The notes: generated by a model not told the origin, from the letters alone. Positions 34,863-46,624 are shown, counted from the first letter of the whole stretch. The stretch: 63,547 bases of DNA, filler included, from Aduncisulcus paluster (GCA_024181965.1; 16 parts of 16 records of this genome joined end to end with filler, not necessarily neighbours in it); one strand, 5' to 3'. Program-made: numbers and translations.

Positions 34863-36638
34863 ATGGATGGAATGGATATGTCTATTCCCCATTTGGACAT
34901 AAATATGATTCTCGACAAAGATGAATCCCAATCTTCTCATACCGAAGAATTACATGATATTCCGGAAGATATAGCAATTGATCCTGTTTCTACAATGAAT
35001 AATATCGAATGCCCACCCATCGAAACTCCACTTCACACCCTAACCTTTGAGCAAATAATTCCAAAATTATCCATCCAAGAAGACTTCTATGAGCCATTAC
35101 GTCAGGCTGTAAGTGCTAGAGATCGTTCGGTATCTCCCCTTGCTCGATATGAAGGGATGTCCTTTCGTGATTATCGCAATGAGTCTCGTCGTTCACCTTC
35201 AAAGAGCAATAGCTGCTGTAGTTCCAATGAATCTTCCTCAACTGAAATTTTTCCACCGCAACGTCCGTCTTCTTTTGTTCCAACTTTGGACTCAATTCCA
35301 GAAACTCAGGATCATTTTGGTTTTACCTCCAAATTTGCCACCGCTCGTGGCCCAAGGAGAAAAACAAATGAATCTCTCTTATATCATGTCCCTACAATTT
35401 CTCTTGATTACGAAATAGCAACAAGAAAGAAAAAAGATGGCAAAGAATCATCTCAGAAGCCATTAAAACATTCGAAAGTCTCACGCTCCTCCAAGCATGA
35501 TCCATCCTCTCAATCGAAAAAGAAACGTCGTTCAACAACTTCTCATCATGAAATCCCTCATATTAAAGGGCATGATGATCTAGAATCAGAGAATTCTATC
35601 GAAAAAACACGATGTGAACGCCTCGATCCTCACATCGATCATCCAGCATTTGACCACACTGGCACTCAATCCAGTGCTATCTCTTCCGCTATAAAAAGAA
35701 ATCCTTCCAAAAAATCTGCTTCCTATCGAATTAAGCATGTGGATTGGGAAATTTTCTCTGTAAAAGCTTCTTCTGCTCCCGTCAGTGGGCGTTCAAGGCC
35801 TTACCCTGTTCATTCTCCACGCGATTCCCCATACAAGCATAGTTCTCACTCTGGATCAAGTCGCTCCAATTGTGTTGATCGCTCTTCAGGTGAATGCAGA
35901 GCAGTAATCTCGGATGAAGTTGTTGTATCTGATGATGGGGGCTCATTTACTGAGGCCTTTGTATCCTTTTGGACGAAATCTCCAACCTCGTCATCCCAAA
36001 GCTCCCTTTCTCACCACAGCTCCAGGCTTCGGACGAGTTCTGGCCAATTACATCTTCCAGAAAGCAGTGACGATGCGACACAAGTGACCTCAACCTCTTC
36101 CGTGAAGATAACCAGCTCCGTCGGTACTCACAGCAAAACAGGGAAAGGCACGGATTCCCCTTGTCCCATTACAGAAAAGAAACCAGAGAATGTTGTGGTC
36201 TATAAAGATGAACCCACTATTCTTTTTACAGAAATAATGAACCTTCCTGTATCCCCAAGAGGTCGTAGTTCTGCCCACAGAGCTGACAAAGCTGCATCAA
36301 TTCGAAGAGAATCTCACCCAGTAATTCCTCAGCTTTCCATTCCTCTTTCAGATCCCTATTCTTCTCCATCAAGGAGACACAGTGATAGTGGGAGTCATCT
36401 ATCCCCATCTTCAAAGAGTTCAAAAATGGAGATTCCGAAGAAAACTAGAAGCTTTCACAGTGCCCGAAGTCCCAAAAAATCAACCCAACATGATCATGTG
36501 AGATCTCCGAGATATATTTCCATTGAAGGAACTCATCACAAAGGCTCTGTTGTTCACTCGGCTAGAGTCCCAATTTCGACCTGTACCTCTCTGTCCTCTA
36601 AAACAAAGAAGAGAAAACCATCAAAAAATATCGTTTAA
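34863..36638 (+). CDS. Hypothetical Ser/Arg/Lys-rich disordered protein
   Basis: Complete 591-aa ORF between AT-rich flanks; no recognised domain. Confidence 0.7.
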   Translation: MDGMDMSIPHLDINMILDKDESQSSHTEELHDIPEDIAIDPVSTMNNIECPPIETPLHTLTFEQIIPKLSIQEDFYEPLRQAVSARDRSVSPLARYEGMSFRDYRNESRRSPSKSNSCCSSNESSSTEIFPPQRPSSFVPTLDSIPETQDHFGFTSKFATARGPRRKTNESLLYHVPTISLDYEIATRKKKDGKESSQKPLKHSKVSRSSKHDPSSQSKKKRRSTTSHHEIPHIKGHDDLESENSIEKTRCERLDPHIDHPAFDHTGTQSSAISSAIKRNPSKKSASYRIKHVDWEIFSVKASSAPVSGRSRPYPVHSPRDSPYKHSSHSGSSRSNCVDRSSGECRAVISDEVVVSDDGGSFTEAFVSFWTKSPTSSSQSSLSHHSSRLRTSSGQLHLPESSDDATQVTSTSSVKITSSVGTHSKTGKGTDSPCPITEKKPENVVVYKDEPTILFTEIMNLPVSPRGRSSAHRADKAASIRRESHPVIPQLSIPLSDPYSSPSRRHSDSGSHLSPSSKSSKMEIPKKTRSFHSARSPKKSTQHDHVRSPRYISIEGTHHKGSVVHSARVPISTCTSLSSKTKKRKPSKNIV

Positions 36639-36899
36639 ACATCTGTGGATAAAAAGTTTTAAAAAATGTCTTTTCCTTTTGAAAAAGCCGGTTCTCAAAT
36701 CATCATATTTATTGTATAGTTTTCATTTCAGAGTATATTTATTTGCTTTGTTATGAAATTTACGGGATAAAATGAGTTTTGAATTTATTATTTTATTCTN
36801 NNNNNNNNNNNNNNNNNNNNNNNNNNNNNNNNNNNNNNNNNNNTTAATTAATTAANNNNNNNNNNNNNNNNNNNNNNNNNNNNNNNNNNNNNNNNNNNN

Positions 36900-39800
36900 T
36901 CTCCAATAATTTCAATAGCTTCGTTGTTATTGTCCTCAAAATCTTCGCTCGGGAGATCGTCGTCGTCCCATTCCTGGGATTTCTTCTTCCTTCCTTTCTT
37001 CTCTTTCTTTGGGGCTTTTTCTTTTTTCGGTGCTTTTTCTTTTTTCGGTGCTTTTTCTTTCTTTGGAGCTTTTTCTTTCTTTGGTTCTTTCTCTCTTTTC
37101 ACAGGTTTCTTCTTCCCCAATAAATAGGCATTATACGCTTCTTTATGCTGTTCCCACTGAGCTTTCAGATCCTCACGGTGTCTTATTTCCTCGTCTTCAT
37201 CTTCAAAGTATTCCTCCTCGTATCGTTGGTCATGTTCAGCTTGAGTGGATATATCATATACATCTTCACCATGCATTTGCCTAACCCATCTTCCAACTTT
37301 TTCATCTACTTGTAACTCTCCAATACTCAGTTTTCCAGGCAACATACCAGCTTCAAACACCTGACCACTATCGAGAAGCTCGTCAAGCTCTTGCATCCCA
37401 ACTTCAAGCTCAGCAAGGTCTCGAAGCCACATTTCACGGACATCGAGCTCACTGAGTCGCAAGTACTCACTCTCTGTTTCTTCATACATGCTCTGAACAT
37501 TGTCTGCAGCCTCCAAAGAGAGAGAAAGAAGAGGAAGATCAAGGAGATATTTATAGCCAGCTGAGAGAGAACGGACAGAAGGAGTAGAAGAAGAGAAATA
37601 CGTAGATTTGAATGCATTGAAGGAAGAAAGGGATTCGTGGACACGAAGATCAATCTCTGTCTGGATTTCTTCATCGTTTTTGCTCGATTCGAAAGCTCCA
37701 TCGTCTTCGTCTTCAGATTCTTCTGGTTCACTGTCCAACATGGCTCTTCTTCCTCTTCTCTTCCCAATCTTTTGAGTTGTTTTCTTTTGTTTCTTGCCAG
37801 TTTTCTTCTTTTTAGAGGAAGATCCTGAGGAATTTATAACGTTTTCCTTGACAACTGACAAGATAGTTTCTTCATTAAGTTCAAATCCTTGTTTCCACAT
37901 CTCTTCAACAATCTTATCTCTCTGAGTACGTGCAATTACAAGAGAACCATCAAGCACAGCAGTGATAAACTTATGTTTGTTTCGACAGATCCTTACTTTC
38001 TTCTCCATCTCTCTTAATAGTTTTCTTTTCCTGTCTTTATATCCACGAAGCCGAATAACAAAGAAATCCTCAACAATCTCCTCAACTCTCTTGTATTTCT
38101 TGATGTCATGTCCAGCAGTTATGGCATGCATGTTTGAGGAAGAGAGAGAAGAGGATAATCCAAACACTTTCTCTATTCCACCATTCTTCTCGACAATTTC
38201 CATATTCTTTTTGTCCAATACAACTTCGAGATGGACATTATTATCAGTGTGGTGATCTTTGACATCAAGAAGAATAACTGGGTTTAGTTTAAGCTTTACC
38301 ATGACTTCTTCATCAGAAAGTTTCTTATAGGCCTTCTTCTTCTTCGCTTCTTTGATTTTTTCTTTAACAGCTGGTTCAATCATTTCAAGTAAACCTTCCT
38401 TGAAGCTTTGAGGAGCACAACGAACGGCAGGAAGTTCAAGGATATGAAGATGGTATTTAGCACCGATTTCTTCTACTTCCCAGACACCTTTCTGAGAGTA
38501 TATGAGACTTCCTTGACATGCAGCAGTCGGACGTTTGATTGAAAGCTCTCCTTTCCATCCATTGAATGATGGATGTAATGGAAATGTATCAGATTGGACA
38601 AGATGCTTAAGGAAAGGCTCAACAATCTCGTCATCTTCATCGTCAGCACCAGGATCACCAGCAAGATCACCACCAGCAGCAATAGCGATAGATGTTTCAT
38701 CATGTTCCTGTCCCTGTTCCTGTTCCTCTGCTTTAAATGTCGGATTCTTTTCAAACTTAAGATCAGAATCCCTGATAATTCTTTGTTCATTCTGCCAATC
38801 TTGTGCAATTCGATCCCGAACCTTTGATATGACATCAGAAACACTATGATTGGGAACAAAGGTACTCCATCCAGTTCCTATCCCTTCAGAACCATTAACC
38901 AAAAGCATTGGAATGATTGGAAGATAGTAAATGGGTTCAATCTCTTGTCCGTCATCGTTGTTATACTTCAGAATAGCATCATCTTCTTCCCTAAAGATCA
39001 GTCTGGCAAGAGGACTGAGATATGTCTGGATATATCTTGCTTTGGCTGCATCTTTACCAGCATTATCTCTGGTTCCAAACTGTCCTTCTGGAACAAGTAA
39101 GTTAACGTTGTTACTGCCCACAAAAGACTGTGCCATGTTAACAATAGTTGTGTTCAAGGAAGAGTCACCGTGGTGATATGCAGCTATCTCCATGATACTA
39201 CCGATCAATTGCACTACTTTGACAGCACTGTGCACCTTACGTTTCAAGCACGTGAATAAGACTTTTCTTTGGGTAGGTTTAAGTCCATCGACGACAGAAG
39301 GGATGGCACGGAAAGCACTGGCTTGACTGTACAATACCAATTCTCGATTGACAAACTCACTGATCTTAATTTTAGCTTGTGAATGATCGAGATAAGTGTT
39401 CGGGTCGACTCCACGGATCCAATCTTTTCTTAGTTCACTGCTCTTCCCAAATACTTTTTCCAGGTTATCTCCAGATAGACGATCACACACAAACTCCTTG
39501 CGATGCTCTGTGATGTGTCTAAAATACTCCTTGGCATCAGCATCTGTACTACTACCAAGACCCTTGTAGTACCTTACTTTCCACTGTTTTGGGTTGGGAC
39601 ATTCCATATGCCACTTCTCGTACTCAGGAATGGTATAGAAATGAATAACATTGGGGTTTGTTGGATCTGAACCAAAAGATCTCCTGCGACCTCCATCTGT
39701 GGCCCTTGATCTAGTCCTGCGAGAGACACGGGCACCCTTTTTCATTACTTTCACAATGGGGGTGACAAATTCACACAGAAAGCCCTTCATCTCAATCAGT

Positions 39801-41572
39801 GAAGGCCATATGGAATGGAAAAGGTTCAGTAAGAGTCCCTTAATGTGAGAACCATCGTGATCTTGATCTGTCATAATCATTACATGTCCGTAACGAAGCT
39901 TACTGACATCTTTATAACTCATTCCATGCTTAAGACCAATGATACGCTTAAGACACTCAATTTCCTTGTTTTTATCGATTTTATCAACGGGGGTATCACG
40001 AACATTGAGGACTTTACCACGTAATGGAAAGACACCGTATTTATCTCTTCCGACTTCACTCAGTCCTTTCAAAACCAGACCTTTGGCTGAATCTCCCTCA
40101 GTGAGGATCAACGTACAGTCCTTACTCTTGTTTGTACCAGCAAAATTGGCATCGTCAAGCTTGGGAATTCCAGTGACTTGTGCAACTTTCTTACCATCAC
40201 TTTTCTTGAGCTTCTGCTTACTCTTAAACTCTGCAAATGATAAGACTTTCTCGACAATGCCCAAGGAAGTGATTTTCTTTGCCATATCTTTTGGAGGAAT
40301 GAATTTAGAACCGAATTTGGCTGGCTTGGATATGAGTTTCTCCTTGGACTGTGAACTAAATGCTGGGTTTGTGATTAAACAACGAATAAACACCCATACA
40401 TGGTTTTTTATCTGTGGATTACTCACCGCTATACCTTTCTTCTTCTTCTTATCGATCTGAGCTTTGATAAGGTTCACGACAGACTTCATAACATGCTCAA
40501 CGTGTTCTCCACCAATCGTCGTGGCAATACTGTTAACGAAAGAGACTTGTTTGAACTCTCCTTCACGAGAAAGACACACAGCAACCTCCCAACGATCAGT
40601 GCAACAATAATAGAAATGCTGATCAACTTCTTTGTTCGTAAACGAGACCAATTTCTTTGGTTTAGCTTCTTCGCCGCTGTATTCTTCGTCTTCTTCCTCC
40701 TCATCTTCCTCTTCTTCGCTGCTCTTCTTCTTTTTCGAACGTTTGGTGGGCAAAGAGATGTCAATGTCATTCTTTACGTCATCCTCAAGCTGAGCTTTGA
40801 TGAACATCCGGACATAATGCTCAAAGCTTGTGATTCTTGTATTTTTTCCGTTCAAAGTCACTTTAACTCCATTGTTACACCCAGCAATATCGAAGACACG
40901 ACGCCTAAAGACACAAAGATGATCATCATCGAATCCATCCAGATCAAAGCGGCCAAAATCGGGATAAAAGGTTACAGAAGTATAATCATATTTTGATTTG
41001 CCCCTTTGGCTCTTCGGAAGATCTTCAATTTGAGGTTCAGATTTCTTTTTCATATTGTTCTGAAATATTTGAGTAAACCGTTTCCCATTGGTGGTATCAA
41101 CGGTATCTATGATAAATTTTTTGCTAAATAAATTCGTAAGTTTGGCACCATAACCGTTTCTACCTCCTACAACCTTCTCGGCAGTGTCATCAAAATTATT
41201 ACCAGTAAGAAGATGTCCAAAAACAAGCTCTGGTGTATAAATTCCTTCTACTTCATGGATTTCAACAGGAACACCACGTCCATCATTCTTCACAGTGATA
41301 TATCCTTCCTCTTCATTGATTTCAACTTCTATCTTACCCATATTGGGATCTCTCTGCTTATTATCGGAAGCATTCACTAATATCTCATCAAAAATCTTCA
41401 AAAGACCAGGAACAATTGTCACGCTCTTTCGAATTAGGTTCCAACTACTGTCCATGACAAATTGCATTTCGGTTGAAGGCTCAATGGATCCAATATACGT
41501 ATCTGGACGTAAAAGAATATGTTCAGATAACGATTTCTTCTCGTATTCGAGTTTTTTGCGGGGTTGCGGCAT
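36900..41572 (-). CDS. TOP2: DNA topoisomerase II (eukaryotic type IIA), 3'-partial
   Basis: EHILLRPDTYIGS, KIFDEILVNASDN, GGRNGYGAKL, TEGDSA, PLRGK, IMTDQDHDGSHIKG, YYKGLG, DGLKPTQRK, YHHG and active-site ARYI. Confidence 0.99.
37000..37092 (-). repeat. 18-bp coding tandem repeat (KKEKAP) in the TOP2 tail
   Basis: KEPKKEKAPKKEKAPKKEKAPKKEKAPKKEKK. Confidence 0.9.
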
Positions 41573-42453
41573 GTTGCAACACTTAAATAGTCGGAAAAAG
41601 GTAGATGATAATGCGGGAAATCTTAGATGTGCATAAAATTACTATTTTACGTGGAAAAGTTATTGCATATAAAATTTATTTGAATATTATCAATTGTATC
41701 TAAAATATTATGCATCATATTCAATTTTACTNNNNNNNNNNNNNNNNNNNNNNNNNNNNNNNNNNNNNNNNNNNNTTAATTAATTAANNNNNNNNNNNNN
41801 NNNNNNNNNNNNNNNNNNNNNNNNNNNNNNNCATTGAAAGCATATATCCATTGCTAGTGTTTGAATTACACGCATGACACGAAATCTCTTCATATCTCCC
41901 GAATTTGGCAACATAGTGGAAATGTTGAGTCCATGCAGTCATGTAAAGCTGCATTCACAATTCATGAATCCACTCGACTTCTTGATTAATATCCAAGATT
42001 TCGTTCTATACTGATCATCCCATTTCAGAATGAATTTATTGCATAATATCGAGTATCAACAAGTGTATCATATGTAATCTCCATTTATAGATTCAAATGG
42101 ATGCAGAAACTTTTGCAAATAATACATCTTGTTGGAATTACTGGAGAGGCTTCTCGCTCTATTGCATTCGGAAATTGAAAGTTATTATAATAGGTTCCTC
42201 TTTAAGATCTTATTTGTTTCGGTTTATTTACTTTGTTCTGACCCGAAATAATTCCTCTCTCATTCATCTATGAAAGATAAATCAACGGAAAATTATGACG
42301 AAAGGAATGAAACCATAAAAAGATGGCATTATGCGAGGATATCAAAAAGAAATCATTAAGACGAAGGAAATCTTAAAAAGAAAAAAAGAAAAATGATTAA
42401 AACATTATTATTAATAATCAGAATCAGAAAAGTATTACAACAAATATTGCAGT

Positions 42454-43497
42454 TCACTCAATAACCTTTAGGAACAATGTTTTAATCTCATCAATAACTC
42501 CAAACATCTCTGCACAATGGGGAAGGAATGGTTTCCTCTCTTCGACATGTTGAATAGCACGAGACAAGGATACACGTGCACTGTTCTCCATGTGCATCAG
42601 TTCATGGTGCAACTTATCATACACGAGGACACACACAGCCTCACGAGTGTCAACTTGAACAAGGGCAACATGACTGGACAAGGACAGAGGTTTCGAAAAA
42701 TACCCCTTGGGAATAACTTTGTTGGCATCTTTAATCCCACCAACATCAACAGTATTACAATCACTGCCCCATAGAGAAGACATTGGAATGGGATGAACTT
42801 GAGAGCGCAATGTTGGAATGGCCTGTGTACTCCAAATATACTCAGAGAATGGGAACAATCTCTCAGCCTTCGGAGCAGTGAAGTCAGTAAAAGAACTGCG
42901 ATCGGACTTGGGATCACTAAAAAATTTACCAACATCACTTCCCTGTTTTTTGTCACTTTCTCCACACAACTCCTTGCTATCATACAACACAGCATCACAC
43001 ACACCATTGGAATACATTGATGGGGCATCTGGCACAACGATCCATTCGTATTCTTCACCAAATGCTTCCACATGTGGGAGACACGTGGTCAAGGCAGGGA
43101 TGGAAGAAATGAGAGTGTTCACTTTCATGCAAATATCATTCACTTCACACATCAGAGCGGATAGCTCACTTGATGTCCTGGACGAACCTGCAAGGGAACA
43201 AGCTTTACGCATCATGTAGTTGTATAATAGTGAGGCCATCTTAAGCATCTCACCTTTCAGAGCATGTTTGTGGAGAAGTGGACTATCGGAGTTCCATTGC
43301 CCATGAGTGATACAACGGGGCAGGTTGAACAGTGTCGTTGGGATAAGTGGTGTGGATTCAACAAACCCATCAGAAACATCCGTCTCGAATAACGCGGCAT
43401 ATTGAACGTTGAACAAACGATAACATCCAATGAATGGGATATTTGCATACACATCTGCATACCACTCTCCATTCTTCACATTCATGCACAGACCAGA
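42454..43497 (-). CDS. C-terminal part of a paralog or allele of the 1657-aa protein at 55839-60812, 5'-partial
   Basis: Near-identical to 55839-56886 over about 345 aa, same KVIE-stop end. Confidence 0.85.
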   Translation of the reverse strand, partial: SGLCMNVKNGEWYADVYANIPFIGCYRLFNVQYAALFETDVSDGFVESTPLIPTTLFNLPRCITHGQWNSDSPLLHKHALKGEMLKMASLLYNYMMRKACSLAGSSRTSSELSALMCEVNDICMKVNTLISSIPALTTCLPHVEAFGEEYEWIVVPDAPSMYSNGVCDAVLYDSKELCGESDKKQGSDVGKFFSDPKSDRSSFTDFTAPKAERLFPFSEYIWSTQAIPTLRSQVHPIPMSSLWGSDCNTVDVGGIKDANKVIPKGYFSKPLSLSSHVALVQVDTREAVCVLVYDKLHHELMHMENSARVSLSRAIQHVEERKPFLPHCAEMFGVIDEIKTLFLKVIE

Positions 43498-43598
43498 NNN
43501 NNNNNNNNNNNNNNNNNNNNNNNNNNNNNNNNNNNNNNNNNTTAATTAATTAANNNNNNNNNNNNNNNNNNNNNNNNNNNNNNNNNNNNNNNNNNNNC

Positions 43599-43763
43599 GC
43601 ACTCGGCGTGAACACCCTGAAGGATGAACTCGAGTTCAACCGCAAAGCAGGTTTCACCAAGAGCGACGACCAGCTGCCCCGTTTCTTCAGCGAAGAAAAA
43701 CTTGAGCCCCATGACACTGTTTGGGAATACACTGTTGAAGAACTTCAGGCTGCTAAAGTCTAA
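43599..43763 (+). CDS. aor: Bacterial aldehyde:ferredoxin oxidoreductase, C-terminal fragment
   Basis: ALGVNTLKDELEFNRKAGFTKSDDQLPRFFSEEKLEPHDTVWEY; the FNRKAGF..DD.LP.FF pattern is typical of AOR C-termini. Confidence 0.8.
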   Translation, partial: ALGVNTLKDELEFNRKAGFTKSDDQLPRFFSEEKLEPHDTVWEYTVEELQAAKV

Positions 43764-43784
43764 AGCTGCTTAAAATAGAATGAG

Positions 43785-43824
43785 TTAAGCCCGGTTGAGA
43801 ATTTCTCAGCCGGGCTTAATTTTT
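43785..43824. terminator. Intrinsic terminator between convergent bacterial genes
   Basis: TTAAGCCCGGTTGAGA-ATT-TCTCAGCCGGGCTTAA 16-bp stem (one G-T pair) followed by TTTTT. Confidence 0.9.
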
Positions 43825-44284
43825 ATGTGTTCTTGATTACATATACTGATACCGGGGACTTTTTGATTACCTGTTCGGCAACACTTCCTATTACATCAGG
43901 AGCGGAGTTCTTCTTTTCTCGTCCAAGTCCGTGGCTGGAAATGACGATCAGATCAGCATTTTCCTTTTCAGCCTGTTCTATTATGTTTGTTACCGGATTT
44001 CCCAGAGTCAAGCGAATCTCAATCAGCGGACAGCTTCTTAGTTCTTCATCACATAGTTTATTAAGGGTTTGGCGGGCCTTTTCTACTTCCCAGTTGCGGA
44101 AGTCGTTCAAGCGATCCTGGTCAGGGTAGTTGCCGTAAGCAGGAAAGTAAGAGCAGAGATCAATGGCGGAATAAAGGACAACTACTTTGGCGTTGTTGAG
44201 CTTGGATAGGGAAACTACTTCATCTATTGATTCCCGTGAATAGCGCGACAGATCCGTCGGCCACAGGATAGTTTTTACTGACAT
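43823..44284 (-). CDS. Bacterial universal stress protein (UspA family)
   Basis: KTILWPTDLS, GNPVTNI, ADLIVISSHG, IGSVAEQVIKKSPVSVYVI; Shine-Dalgarno GGAGG at 44290-44294 supports the start at 44284. Confidence 0.93.
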   Translation of the reverse strand: MSVKTILWPTDLSRYSRESIDEVVSLSKLNNAKVVVLYSAIDLCSYFPAYGNYPDQDRLNDFRNWEVEKARQTLNKLCDEELRSCPLIEIRLTLGNPVTNIIEQAEKENADLIVISSHGLGREKKNSAPDVIGSVAEQVIKKSPVSVYVIKNT

Positions 44285-44435
44285 ATGTACCTCCATTTTT
44301 AAAATGGAATTTGTATCTATTTATAATATAAGTTCTGTCTGTAAAATATAAAGGCTCGCAGAGCATGTATGTTTTTTCTTCGTACTGGGTTGGTGGATAT
44401 ATTGCCTATCTTAAATAAGGTAACAAAGATAAATT

Positions 44436-45177
44436 TTATTCGAAACTGTCTTTTTCAAATAAGGCATGAATTATATTCCAGAGGATAAGTCCGGCAAGTA
44501 TTCCACATAAACGGGTGATTGGCGGTTGCAATTCCGTCCCCGGTCCCAGTCCCTGAACAAGGGTCAAGGTGAGGGCTATGCCTCCCTGAAGTCCCATATA
44601 TGAGCAACGCGGATCTCCATGATCGATGTAGGAAAAACAGAAAATCAGGACCCAGTAAGCCGCACCCCAGGTTATGATATAATGTCCGGCAGGGCTGCCG
44701 AGTAAAAGCAGTCCGATACTTCCTCCTGCCATGCAGCCCAGCAACCGAAGAATTCCTTTTCGCCATGATTGCATCGGGTCTGGTTGGAGCAGGATCAGCG
44801 AGGTTACTCCTATCTGTAACACTCCCGGCAGATCCAGCCATTTCCAGATAAGCGGCACTGAAACCATGGCTAGACCAAGGCTTATGGCCTGCTTGGTCAG
44901 CTCCGATTCCTGAGTAGGGGATATCGTTCTTTCAGTAGGACTCTTTGACGGTTTGGCTGATTCAGGCGGGCTCGGATTGACAATAGCACTCATGATAATG
45001 GCCATGATTGTCCCAAGGCTGATTTCAAAAGTGCGGTAAAAAGCGAAATTGAATATTGATTGTGGTATTACCAGTCCGGCAATGGAGAGTAAAACTACCA
45101 TGAAACCGGCCATTCCCCATGCATAGCTGTCCCATCCTCTGGTGTTGGATACAATTACCGTAGCGATCGAAGTAAAG
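44436..45177 (-). CDS. Bacterial FUSC-family membrane protein, 5'-partial
   Basis: Multi-TM; YAWGMAGF, AFYRTFEISLG, KGILRLLGCMAGG, YMGLQGGIA, RLCGILAG. Confidence 0.75.
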
Positions 45178-45277
45178 NNNNNNNNNNNNNNNNNNNNNNN
45201 NNNNNNNNNNNNNNNNNNNNNTTAATTAATTAANNNNNNNNNNNNNNNNNNNNNNNNNNNNNNNNNNNNNNNNNNNN

Positions 45278-45814
45278 CCCAGCCCTTCGCAGCCATTTGT
45301 CCCACAGGCAACGCTCGTTTAAAAAAGACTGGTCGCACATGTTTCTCGTGCCAACCCATATAGACCCGCCTAGCCAAGCCATCCGCCGGCGAATTGTAGA
45401 TGGCCAGATGCTTGTCTTCCAGCGAAAGAAACCAGATACACACACCCATATCGCATGCAGCCTGCATGTAATGGGCATTATGTGCAAGCGAAGACGGAAG
45501 TAACTCCGTCTTTAATTCTTCTGTGCTCAGGCGGTGGGTCAGAAACATGTTTAAGACAGTTCTTGCCTTTAAGGCAGGGGCGAGATGAGGTAGAAGAGCC
45601 TGGTCGAACCCCATGGCAACAAGAAGTGCTTGGTAGAAGCAGTCAGCATTCTCCGGTGTCGAATCAATCGCAATACTACGTGGTATGTAATGTCCGAGTG
45701 TTTCAACCAAAGCCTTTATAAACCTTGCTAGAATTGAATAATGGTAATAATTAATAATAAAACTAATTCTAGACCTTATTTATAACAATATATCAACATA
45801 CTATGATAATCCAT
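45278..45814 (-). CDS. OTU-like cysteine protease domain protein, 3'-partial, candidate intron 45728-45801
   Basis: TPENADCFYQAL (Cys box) and VYMGWHEKHVRPV (His box); no in-frame ATG unless a 74-nt GTATGT...CTAG intron is removed. Confidence 0.5.
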
Positions 45815-46245
45815 CAATTTTGCAAGGAAATGTAGATGTGCGAAAATTGCTCTGTAGCGCAGGAGCGGAACAAAATTAGAAAAAATAAATATTATTAATA
45901 TATTAGTTATTAGATTGCCTATATAAAAATTAAAGTGGAAAGTGCGCCAGCTAAAAAAACCCTTTTTTGCCACTTTTTGCACCCCTGTATCTCGGCGTCT
46001 ATTTATTATAATAAAACAAAAATATAATATTTAACTTATTAACTAAAGGGGCTTATTATATATATTAAATTATTTTATTATATCTCAAAGAATGCAAAAT
46101 TTACGTAGTGGGCAATAAGAAGGGTTTATGAAGTTTTTAATAAATTATCAATAATTTATTTGTAATTATATTTATATGCGTCCTATAATTAATTTTCATT
46201 TAATGTGACTAATCGCAGATTTTTAGATTCAGCAATTTTCTGCAA

Positions 46246-46524
46246 ATGAGCCTGCCAACATTATCTTTACAACAATTTTGTGCACATCTCCGGGTAATCA
46301 TGGAATTACGGGGATGTAATTTCATGGAGTGTCTCAGGCTCTTCTTTTATCGGTTTCGGGTAATTATACCCCCTTATCTCAAGCTTACTTCTTCTGACAA
46401 AGACGTTGTTACGCTTTGTTTGTTTGGACAGACCCTTCTAACATCTTTTTCTACGGTCCGTATCCTCACCTGTGGTATGAGTCTGGTCTCTGCCAGTGAA
46501 TACCTTTGTTTTGACGGTTGTGAC
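46246..46524 (+). CDS. Hypothetical protein, 3'-partial
   Basis: ATG-started frame open to the contig end, divergent from the OTU-like ORF. Confidence 0.35.
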
Positions 46525-46624
46525 NNNNNNNNNNNNNNNNNNNNNNNNNNNNNNNNNNNNNNNNNNNNTTAATTAATTAANNNNNNNNNNNNNNNNNNNN
46601 NNNNNNNNNNNNNNNNNNNNNNNN

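Noticed and set aside
36924-41636. Many short antisense and alternate-frame ORFs over TOP2 and other long genes
   Set aside because: Shadow ORFs of real coding sequence with no independent motifs.
43598-45177. Lateral transfer of bacterial genes into the protist
   Set aside because: No physical link to eukaryotic sequence and bacterial expression signals are intact.
46208-46218. ACTAATCGCAG branch point and 3' splice site
   Set aside because: Resembles the metamonad fused motif, but I found no donor giving an in-frame upstream exon.
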